A stretch of 64,000 bases of DNA, taken from Cycas panzhihuaensis (taxonomy: Eukaryota > Plantae > Cycadophyta). Positions 41,801-52,924 of the stretch are shown here, in pieces. How positions within the stretch are numbered: position 1 is the first letter of the stretch; each line of letters opens with the position of its first letter. The position numbers were made by a program, and so were the translations under genes. The stretch covers positions 47,995,741 through 48,059,740 of the forward strand of contig CM041465.1 of NCBI GenBank assembly GCA_023213395.1, given 5' to 3'. The notes under the pieces were generated by a model. The model was not told the DNA's origin and searched no databases. It saw nothing but the letters and a program-made list of their open reading frames with translations.

Positions 41801-44049
41801 CTTTCGTTTCTAATGATGGCGAGCCTACATACTATTAGGAAGTAGTAGATGATATCCATAGTGAGAAGTAGAAGAGGGATATGCAGGAAGAGATATATGC
41901 TTTAAAGAAAAATAATTTATGGGACTTGGTAGAACTTCTACGTGGTAGGAAGACTATTGGTTGTAGGTGGGTTTTCAAGGAGAAAATAAATGTTGATAGA
42001 AAGGTTGATAAATATAGGGCAAGACTGGTGGCTAAAGGTTTTGCACATGAAGCAAGTATTAATTTTCATGAGATCTTTTTATCAATTGTCAAACTCATTT
42101 CAATTCAGGTTTTATTAGCATTGGTAGCTTTTCTTGATTTGGAGTTGGAGCAGTTAGATGTAAAAATATCTTTTCTACATGGAGATTTAGATGAGAAGAT
42201 CTATATAGATCAGCCAAAAGGGTTTGTATAGGATGGTAAGAAAAGACTTATTTACAAGCTCATGAAATCATTGTATAGCCTGAAGCAATCACCCAGACAA
42301 TGGTACAGGAAGTTTGATACCTTCATGGAGAGCTAAAATTTTAAAAGAAGTGAGTATGATCATTGTGTTTACTTTAAATTCTTAGAGAATAGCTTATTCA
42401 TTATCTTAGTATTTTATATTAATGACATGCTAGTTATAAGTAAAATCATAGCAGAAATCAATAAGTTAAAGGCTCAATTAGCTAGAACTTTTGATATGAA
42501 GGATCTAGGAGCTGCAAAATAAATCTTAGGTATGGAGATACATAGAGACATGCAAAATGGTAAGTTATGGTTATAATAGTAGAAATATATAGAGAAGGTG
42601 TTAACCAAATTTGGTATGGTAAATGTGAAACTAGTGAGTATCTTGTTGGCTTCTCATTTCAAGATTTCTTCGAGTATGAGTCCTCGTAATGAAGAAGAAA
42701 AGAACTATATGTCTTGTGCACCTTATGCTAGAGTAGTAGGAAGTTTGATGTAATCCATTATACATATAAGACCTGACATTTCACATGCATTCAATGTAGT
42801 TAGCAAGTTTATGGAAAATTTAGGAAAGGAACATTGGACAACAGTGAAATGGGTACTTCAGTATTTGAGGGGCACAAGTGACTATTACATCAACTTTGGA
42901 GGTACAAGTAATCAGGTTTATGGATATGTTAATTTAGACTTTGTAGGAGATTTAAGTAAGAGAAGGTCTACTTCATATTATGTATTGACTCTTACAAATA
43001 ATTTGGTGGTTGGATGTCAAAATTACAGAGTACAATTGCATTATCAACTATAAAAGTAGAATATGTTGCTGTAACATATGCTTATAAATAAGTAATCTGG
43101 TTACAAGGTCTATTGGTTGAGCTTGGAAGGAAATAGAAAAAGGTAAAGGTATTTTGTGATAGTCAAAGTACCATTTACATAACAAAGAATCCAACTTATC
43201 ATAGTAGGACAAAGCATATTATGGTTAAGTACTATTTTGTTAGATAGGTTGTGGAAGCAGGTGGAGTGGCACTTGAGAAGGTTAACATAAAATATAATTA
43301 TGCTGACATGTTCATAAAATTAATACTATTGGATAAGTTCAAATGGTGTTTGACTTCTCTTGGCTTGCAAAAAATGTGATGAATGGTCTAAGAAAGGTAT
43401 CAAGTAAAATATTGTTAAGGTGGAGATTATTAAATAATATGATAACAATATTTTAGAGGCTAAAATTTTGATAGGTTAGCAGCATGGTTTCCCCCTTAAA
43501 CTTTCACGAGAGGATCCAAGATGGGCAGGAGCCCCCCTTGGCCAGGGGGTATGGGGGCGATAGCCCCTAACCAAAAAACTAGCACTGTAAAACATACTAA
43601 ATTGTAAAGAAAATCATAGTCGTTCATTCAAAATATCCCAGATTCTATGGTCAAGATTTGTGCCTTATATGACTCTCTCATATAGTTTGATTTAGGGTGT
43701 TTTTTCATCATGTTTATTGTGTTCAATGTATTGGATGTATTGTATTGAGTAGAGGTGGCTAGTTGTTGTTACTGTAAGCATTTTACTGTAGATTATGTAT
43801 ATTTCTCTATTCTTAAATAATGAAGATTAATGCCTTTCCTATGTGGTTATTTCCCTAGTGCACTGCTAGGGTTTTACCATATTATATCAAGTGTATATAT
43901 GATGCTTTAGCTTTCTAATTCATTTATTGTATTATCTCTAGTTTAAAAACTTGCATGTTAAATTTTAGTTTTGATTTCTACAACTAGTTACAAAATAGTT
44001 TAGATCTTGGTGGCGGTTTTCTGGTTATTGGGACCTAGTTTTCTCAATA
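38855..44049 (+). mobile_element. Tork/Tnt1-like copia element B, same family as A, opposite orientation
   Basis: 5' LTR 38855-39384, PBS TGGTATCAAAGCC 39387-39399, PPT AAGGTGGAGAT 43417-43427, 3' LTR 43428-44049, TSD TAAAC/GAAAC (38850-38854 / 44050-44054). Confidence 0.93.
39457..43379 (+). pseudogene. Tnt1-like gag-pol of element B
   Basis: ORFs 39877 (CNKTGHLKKDC), 40399, 40646 (LWRQRLGH), 41410 (KRCIFVGYG), 41881 (IGCRWVF..YRARLVAKGF..QLDVK..FLHGDL), 42811. Confidence 0.93.
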
Positions 44050-47000
44050 GAAACTGTGCTGCCAACCTGTCAAAATTTTAACCTCCAAAATATTATTATC
44101 ACATTATCTAACAACACCTACTCAGGTATAAATAGTCACATTTGGTGATGACATTTCATATAACATGGCTAAGATTAGAAAACCTCCCATAGCCTTAAAG
44201 AATTTAGATATTCATCATCATATAAGTAATGTCCTTTATGTTTTTGGTATAACACAAAACTTGCTCTCTATTAGTTAGATTGATAAGTAGAACTTTGACA
44301 TACTCTTTAGCCAAGAAATATGCACTATTTTAGAGCACTGAACTAGTTAAGTTGTAGTAACATGATATAAAAAACTAGACTACACAAACTTGATGGTGTC
44401 CCACTTTCCGTTGCATAGGATAAAAACTCATGTGCTACTATGCTATCTAATCAATTAGATAAAGGTAAGTAAAATATTATGGAAGACCCGCTTATTAAAA
44501 TGTAGGAAGAATCCTCTCATAATTAGAAGCAACCTACTCAAAAATATACCAAGGATTACCTATGGCATTGATGCCTTGGCCATCTAAATATGTAGAGTCT
44601 TAATCTCATGTTTAGATTTCAAATAGTACATGGGTTATAAAAAAATAAACAAAATAAATATTTCTATAAATCTTGCATTATTGGTAAATAACATAAGTAA
44701 CCTTTCAATCTAAGAAAGTTTTACATGTAATTGAACCATTAGGCTTCTTTCACTCAAATATTTGTAGACCTATGTTATCACCTTCACTCAATAGTAGTTT
44801 GTACTTTATCACTTTTATTAATGATTATTCTTGGAAAGTTTAGGTCTACTTTTTGAAGAATAAGTTTGGGGCCTTTGATAAATTCAAAGATTTCAAAACT
44901 AAAGTGGAAGATGAATCTTGTATGATAATCAAGATTTTACATTCAAATAATAGAGGTGAGTATACTTTAAACCAATTCATCGATTTCTGTAAAGAACATT
45001 ATATTAAATGCTAGTTCTTAACTCCTCATACTCTTTAACAAAATATAGTAACTAAATGCATGAACCAAATATTGGTGAATAAGGCTAAAGTAATGGTTAA
45101 ATCTGTAAACCTTGCTAATTTATTTTGGGCTGAAGCTATTCATACCACTACTTACCTAGAAAATAGGAGCTCGACTTTAGCTATAAAAAATATGACATCA
45201 AAGGAAGCTTGGTTAGGATAAAATCCTATAGCCTCACACTTCAAACATTCAAATGTAATACCTATAAGTTTGCTACAAAAGAAAATAGAAAGAAACTTGA
45301 TGATAAAAGCTTGAAGTGCATCTTCATAGGCTATGTACCTAGGTGCAAAGCTTATAAGGCATATGACCTTATTAGAAGATAAGTATACTTATCTTGGTAT
45401 GTTATATTTATAGAAGACAATCAAAACTTGGTTCAATATCAACTATAGTTTCTAGTAGATGATGATTTTAATATTTTAGAAGTTCCTCTTGCACTAATTA
45501 TGGACCCTTATGCTCCTTCAACCTCATATACTCTATGTTCATCATCTACTCCTCCTATAGCTCTATCTACTTCTATAGAAAGCTCTGCATTACCACCTTT
45601 ATCTCTAAACGACATTCATATTGAAGCTAAAAGTATCAAGAAGCTTCCTACGTGGTATTTACAAGTTGTGAAAGATGCACCGTCAACTTTTACAATATTA
45701 AAAAGGTAATCAAAGTTGAGACATACAACCAACTTTGCTTTAATGGCACAAGTTTTTAATGATCTCAAGCCTTCCACCTTTGAGGAGGAAATCAAAGAAT
45801 AATTTCAGTACGAAACTTTGGATGAGGATATGTATTCCATCCTAAAAAATGATACTTAGGAGCTTACTGAATTACCTCCTAGAAAGAAGCCAATTAATCA
45901 TCATTAGATTTATAAAACTAAGTATCATGTTGATGACTCCATTGAAAGACACAAAGCATGTATTACTATGAAAGGATTTAAATAATAAGAAGACATTGAT
46001 TATAATCAAACCTTCACACCTGTTACCAACATGACAACATTCTATCTAGTTATGTCATTAGCAACTTAGTTCAAATGGCTTGTCTATCAAATGAATGCCA
46101 AAAGTGATTTTTTCAATGGAGATCTTTTTGAAGAAGTTTACTTAAGACAACCTCTTGACTATATTATTTTTGAAAAAGAACATTTAATTTATAAGCTCAA
46201 GAAAACTCTATATAGACTTAAGTAGGCACTTAATGCTTGGTATGTAAAGATTGATACCTTTTTTCTCAAGCATGGATAGAACTATTCATCCTCTAATCCC
46301 AATTTGTACATTCACATCTACAATAATCTAATCACCATTGTTGTTCTCTACATTGATAATTTATCAATCATTAGAAATGATGATAAAGGGATCTCTAATC
46401 TCCAATAAGAATTTAAAAGTAACTTTAAGATGACTTACCTTGTACTGCTCCACTATTTCCTTGGCATTGAAGTGTGGTAAGAACTAAGATATATTTTCTT
46501 ATCACAATCCAAATATACAAATGATCTCTTGTAGTAATTCAAAATGAGTGACTGCAAACCTTCATCTATACCTATAGATACAAGAACCAAGTTGACCATG
46601 AATGAACAAGGCAAACCTATTTATCCCACTCTTTATAGACAGTTTGTAGGGAGTTTGATTTATCTTATTTATACTTACCCTGATATATCATATGCAGTTA
46701 GGATTTGCTCTAGGTATATGTCTTAGAATAAGATGTCTCATTAGAAATATATAATCAAAATTCTCAAGCACATTCATATCACCTTATAGCATGGAATAAA
46801 CTATATCCAAGTTAAAGCTCCTATTTTAAAAGGATTCACGAATGTAGACTGAGCTGGTTGTTAAGATTCTTTCCATTTTACTTCATGATACTTTTTTGAC
46901 CTAAACTTAGTTATTATTTCTTGGAGTTATAAGAAATAAATAAATGTTGCTCTTTCCTCCACTAAAGTAGAATATAAAATAGATGTTCATGCAACTACTA

Positions 47001-47310
47001 AGGTGATTTAACTATGCAAGATTCTTACTAAGCTTGGTGTTTAATAAATACAAGCAACTCTTGTAAAATGTGATAATCAAAGTGTATTGAAGATGACCAA
47101 GAACCATATTTTCAATGAACATAGAAAAATATTGAGATCCATCATCATTTCATCTATGAACATGTACAAGATAGAGAAATTAATCTTATGCACAGACTAA
47201 CTGAAGACTAGGTTGCATATATCTTCACCAAAACACTTAGTAAATCAATGTATGAAAGGTATTGACATGACCTTAGTGTGAGGATGAATGAAGTTATCAT
47301 TAAGGGAGTA

Positions 47311-47728
47311 TGTTAAAATATAATAACAACTTCTTATACTTTTATATAATTTTAAATTAAGTCGTAACTTAATATTGTATTCCTAGCTAAGGGTCATCAC
47401 CCTACCTTTGCCTCATAACTGACCAATGAGATGTGTCTAATATGAAGGCCAATCAAATGTGAGCATGCGAGGTCTAATCCATATTCACCATTTGTAATAT
47501 GTGAAGCATTGAGACCTTTATAAATTAAGGCCATGTTGACAATCATATGTAATGATCTTTGATGAGAGTCTTAGCTCTATTAAAATTCTATATCAGGGAT
47601 TAGCTAATTTGATCCTTTAATATATTGTATTCATCTTAATGTGTTTATAATTTCTTTTAATGAATTTATGTTTGATACAAGAGAGTTGAGATCCTATTTA
47701 AATAGGTATATTAATTTTGATTTTATCA
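47311..47728 (+). repeat. 3' LTR (418 bp)
   Basis: TGTT...ATCA termini, after a PPT, colinear with 30519-30936. Confidence 0.92.
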
Positions 47729-48899
47729 AAAGCACCATAGAAAAAACTATTTAAAGAAGGAGACCTTATCTTAAAGTATAATTGAAAATGCTTCATAATG
47801 CCAAGGAAACTTAAAATTAGATGGCTTAGGCCATTCTCTATGAAAAAAAATTGATAATTGAGTAGTTGAACTAGTAACAATTAATGGAGATACTTAAACA
47901 AGTATTATTCATGGATCAAAACTTAAATTGTACAATGAAAATACTATGCAAGATGAAATCTATCAGTAATAATAAGAATGCATATTACAACAACTTCTAT
48001 GAAATTCAAACTAGTACATGTAGAGAACAAAATTACTAAATATCATTAGATAAAACTTATGACAAAAATATCTCAAGTAATGTTGATATAAATAAACATC
48101 TAAATAAAAAAATTAAATAAAAGTATAAAAAAGAAGAAAAAATAAGAAGAATCGATGATCATGGTTAATTGACAGAAGTCACCCTTGGTCAACTGACCTA
48201 CCAATTAAGAAAATTATGTGGTATTAGATGACTTACTAACTAACTTGGGTTAATTAAGGCTGATTGATTTGTTAACTTATATTATAAAATCAATACATGT
48301 GATAAGACATAACTAACTTAATGGTAACTGACCTCCTTTAATTGACTCAAATAATAAATATATTAGAACATATAAATCATAACATATATACATGATTAGG
48401 TGATTAAGATAGCATGATCATAATTAGATCACAAATGGACTAAGCACAGAACAAATGAAATGGGTTATGTATAAACCATAGATAGATTAATCACAGACTA
48501 AATGATCACTATCACAAATGGACTAAGAATAGAACGAATTGATTGAGTACATACTAAGTAGATTAAAACAAATGAATTGGGTTATGCAAGTTAACAATAA
48601 TCGTAAGTAAGTAGATACAATAATCAGCTTTGTTAACACTATATGTTTTAATCAATCATAAAAAATAATGTGTAAATCTAATTAGGAATCTATTGATTAC
48701 CCAAAACTTAAGTTGATTAAGAATTCTAGAGCATAGATCTAGAGTGATGACTTAAGAAATGTTGTACTATTATAGTGATCAATCATCATGAAGATACTTG
48801 AAGTTTTTTTTTTTAAGTGTGAAAAGTGTCTAATAGTGGAGGTCGATTTGCTAAATTTAGTCAAACAACTATTTTATTTATTGGAGTAATACAAAAGTA

Positions 48900-50506
48900 A
48901 TTAGAGAAGAATATGGAGGAATATGTAAACACTCCATTTAAAGTAGTAAGGTGCCATATTAAATGGCAAGTATTACATTCACTAGTCTTTCACAAATGTA
49001 TAGAAGTGGAAGACCATACTGCTCTACTATGAGCAAATTTAACCAGTGCTAGGGTGGTTCAAGTAGCCACATTTCTCGCATTTCTAAAAATTTTAAATGG
49101 CTATAGGATATGTTAAATGGGTATAACCCCACAACTTATATATCAACTATTAACAAAAAAGTTATAGGTATGGAAGTAGAAGTCGTTGAAAGATTGATAG
49201 GGTTTCTAGCTCAAGGATAAGAAGTATGAAAGTTAGGGAATTTAATAATGGCCATGAAGGATAAAACCATTCAGGCTATATACTAGAAAGAATTCCATAC
49301 TAAGCATAGGGGGTAAGGTATTCTTGTTACGTATTTGAAAATGACAAATGTGATGGTGATAGTAGTTCTGATATGTACATGATTATTAGGAGAGTGACAT
49401 TACAACGTTGTACCTTGGTGGATAACATCATACTTATAGGGCCTTATGAAAAGTATTATTTATAATTGGTCAGCATTCATATCGAAAAAACTAAAGATAT
49501 CACTTCACTAGTTAGACACACGAGGGAAATCTAGTTTTAATTTAACCTTATACCTCTTATGGTTTTCTTATGAGAAAATTTACTTACCTAGGATAATACA
49601 GAGTTTGACAATATTATTTCTATTAGCCTTCCACCTATGTTTCATATAAACACTAAAGAAGATTAGTCCTAAAGTGTAGAAGGAAGAATGGATGGAGAAG
49701 ACAAAAACAAGGAAGGTTATGACAATAGATGGAATGGATGAATCTTTTAAAGAACTTAAAGATTTAGAAGATTTAAATAAGGACTATTTTACAAATTACT
49801 CAAATTTGAGTTCAAGTGAGGATGACAATAGTAATCTTAAACTAGAAAGTGACATTGCATTAGACCTAGTTCGTATGGATCAAGTCTCATAAGCTCCAAC
49901 ACCAAATTTAAACATACTTGACTTACCCACCATGGATAATAAAGTGGCATGATGTGAGCTATTTAAAATAATAATTTGCAAATGAGTATATGATCATCTA
50001 GACATAGAAATTCAACCACCACCAAAACAACTAGAGTAGGATAGAGTGATCATTATTGCCATATCATCTATGGACCCCTAACTTATTAAAATTGAGAAAG
50101 TTTGCATGATGAATTTGTTGGATCAACACCACACATTAGCAAAAGCATAGGGATCAATGTTCTTGAAAATGGTTGAAGAATATTATTGTAAAGAAGATAA
50201 CTATAATAGTCTATAAAAAAACCTAAATGAAGCAAGGGAATTACTTCAAAAAAAGGAAGAAGAATGCAATCAATTGGGAAGGACAAATCAAGAAATACAT
50301 ACAAAGGATTAATAGGTTGGAGGAGGATATACGTTAAATCTAGAAAGAAGTTAAAGATCTATCCACATAATTACAAGAGGAGAAAGGATGTTAAGAGTGC
50401 ATGTTATAATGCATTAAAGTGGTTAGCAAAAGCTAGGATTAGACCCACTATATTCAAGGGTGATAGAAAATCCTTAGACTCACTAGTACTGACTTTACAA
50501 CCATAA
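48900..50506 (+). pseudogene. decayed extra ORF in the 3' region of the Athila-like element
   Basis: Purine-rich, coding-like tract between the integrase end (~47970) and the PPT, with an acidic segment (ORF 49692-49892) and a basic, coiled-coil-like segment (50090-50500). No family recognised. Confidence 0.45.
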
Positions 50507-50580
50507 AGTTTCTTTGTTTTTGTTTTTTCTTTTTTTTGGTCTTTTAAGTGAGATGCTTAAATAAAAAAATAGGGGATAGA

Positions 50581-51053
50581 TGTTGGGGCATATTTTATTA
50601 AGACTAAACTATAATTGTTAAAATGTTAGATGCAAGTGTTGAATTTATTAAGTGGTAAATAATATATTAACAAATGATTAGCTAAGTTGAAGTCATTAAA
50701 AGGATGTTACAATGGGTCACATAAGAAGTATATATATAATGAGTTTGTCCATAAGAGAAGGTAATTAGGGGAGTATAGAACCATATTCTATGTTATGCAT
50801 CTTAAGACTTGTGAGTGGTATGAAACTAGTGTGGGATAACCATCTGTTAACACTTTGTATATGATCATAATGTTGTACTCAGTTTTGATATAATAATAAT
50901 AATAAACAATACAATTGATGACAGTGGTTTATATATATTGTTGTACTTATTCTCAATGTTGGATGTTATACATATGATCATGCTATGCTATTATGTTATA
51001 AATTATTTCTATCTTTCTCTTCCTAAGATGACCCAAAAAATATTATGTTAGTA
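50581..51053 (+). repeat. 3' LTR of the Athila-like element
   Basis: Starts TGTTGGGGCATATTT after the PPT, ends ATTATGTTAGTA, followed by TSD GAGTG. Confidence 0.9.
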
Positions 51054-52924
51054 GAGTGACTAGCATGATGTCTTGAATAAGGCTTAGGCTACAATGCTTA
51101 GGTTAAAAAGAGATAAGCAACCTTATATGAGGTAAAAGCATATTGAGGCCTTCTCTAATAAAAGTCATTTATTTAACATATGATACTTTAATATGACCAT
51201 TAAACCTTTTGTTTACACATTAGAAGGATAAGCCTCTTTATGGTATCCATCCTTTTCGAATGCCTCAATTCATGGTTAGGAAGAGCTAATGTTTATCTTC
51301 GAGGCTAAGTATTTTTGTAAAAGGACTATGCCTGCACTGGTGAAGGAACTCTCTAATATTAAGAAAATACTAAAGGAGATGGTCCTAGATTATATTTAGT
51401 AGTTTTGTTAACTCCAATAGAGAATTAAATCTAAGTTCTTACAGATAGATCCTTTCTAAAGGAAATGGTTCATCAAAGGTCTCAATAATAAGATTAGACT
51501 TGTTGTAGTTCATAAGTTCTTAGATACAGTTATTGAGGCTTAAATATCATCCCTAAAAATGGAATTGATAAATACCTAGTATGAGTTTATGACTTTCTCT
51601 TAGGGAGATGCTTCAACTCTTTAGGGCTAAGAAAGGAAATGTTCCCAAGTCCAATCCTAATACATTACCTTGAATGGATCCCTAGACTTTTGTTTCTTGT
51701 AAAAGGATACATAATAAGAATGCATATCTAAAGAATGTGTTAAAGGGTAAAGAAAAGCAAGAACCTCAGCCTTTGATGTCCATATTGAAAAGGCCTAAAG
51801 ATGAGCTTATAAGTAATGTAGAAGTATTCCTTGAGGATCTAATTAATAAAGCTATAATTAGATTTTAGGGATATTACTCTTGAGCTAGATGAGACCTTTG
51901 CTGGGCTCTCAACCTCTTATGATCAACCACCTTTCTCAAACTTGAGTATGCCTAATTTCATTAATAAGGAAGTCTCAAAATAGGCATATGGAGGAGTAGT
52001 TTCTATCACTTGAGCTAAGGTTGCTTAGGGTGTATAACATAGTCAAGTTTCTATTTAAGGAGGCTAAAGTGATTTGATGGTTAGGGCCCAAATAAATGTT
52101 TATTCCTAAGATGGAATTTATAGAGGTTCTAATGGTATTTAGAGAAATTCTATCCTCATTTTTTTAAAAGGTTAGTAAGGTCAAACTATCCATTAAATTT
52201 TGAATTTCTCTTCTATGAAGCCTTTTAAGGAATATGATACAATAAAATAATTAGCTCAATTTAAAGAAAATATCAATATTGGTTAGGTGTTAACACTCCT
52301 TAATCAAAGTGCTAAGATGATTAACATGATAAAGAACAAAGATTAGATACCAAAAGCACTTATCCACAGAGTGCATATTGAAGTAACACCCATGGTGGAC
52401 AATCTTCCTCCCCCTAATTTCATCCAACCTTAAGCCATTTTATCTTTCCCTCCTGATTTTTGATAGACATATCTTACATAGCCATGTAATATATTCTAGA
52501 GTAATTCACAATCTAATGTCTTATATGGTTATGAATTCTTTGAACTTAAAGTGTATACAATCAATTAAAAATATTTGAGATTTTAATAGAAATACTGTTA
52601 CCTTAATTCGGATTGTTCAAGATTTTGTGACAAATGTCACTACAAATCCTCAAGTGGTTATAGTGATTGATATGATGATTTTTGACAAAGAGCCCCTTTA
52701 TAGGATGCTATTGAGAAGATAGTGTTTTTTCAACATTAGAATAATTCCCAATGTTTGAATGTCTTATATGTTATTCTCCATGGGTAAAGATTTGATCTAG
52801 TTACATAGAAAGGATAGAATAAGAAGATACATTGATGATTTAGGAGAGGATATACTAAATAATTCATTCAAGCACTTGGGGCTAGGGACCTATACCATTA
52901 TGGGTGAGTATCATGGTTATCTAC

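Larger units (their letters stand above)
33569..44113 (-). mobile_element. Tork/Tnt1-like copia element A; its 5' LTR is split by element B
   Basis: TSD ACACC (33564-33568 / 44114-44118), 3' LTR 33569-34226, PPT AAGGTGGAGAT 34227-34237, PBS remnant 38241-38253, 5' LTR 38256-38854 plus 44050-44113. Confidence 0.92.
30519..47728 (+). mobile_element. Ty1/copia element, degenerate, inserted in the gypsy integrase and itself interrupted in its protease
   Basis: 418-bp LTRs 30519-30936 and 47311-47728, TSD AAAGT/AAAGC, decayed PBS TAGTATTAGAGT 30939-30950, PPT ~47302-47309. gag ~32470-33300, INT ~44560-45400, RT ~45780-46750 (YRQFVGSLIYL..T.PDISYAV), RNase H to ~47280. Confidence 0.92.
19986..51053 (+). 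mobile_element. Athila-like (non-chromovirus) Ty3/gypsy element, degenerate, carrying nested insertions
   Basis: LTRs 19986-20427 and 50581-51053, perfect TSD GAGTG, decayed tRNA-Asp-type PBS (TAGCCCCATTGCC vs TGGCGCCGTTGCC, ~20430), PPT 50564-50580, order gag-PR-RT-RH-INT, long 3' region. Confidence 0.9.
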
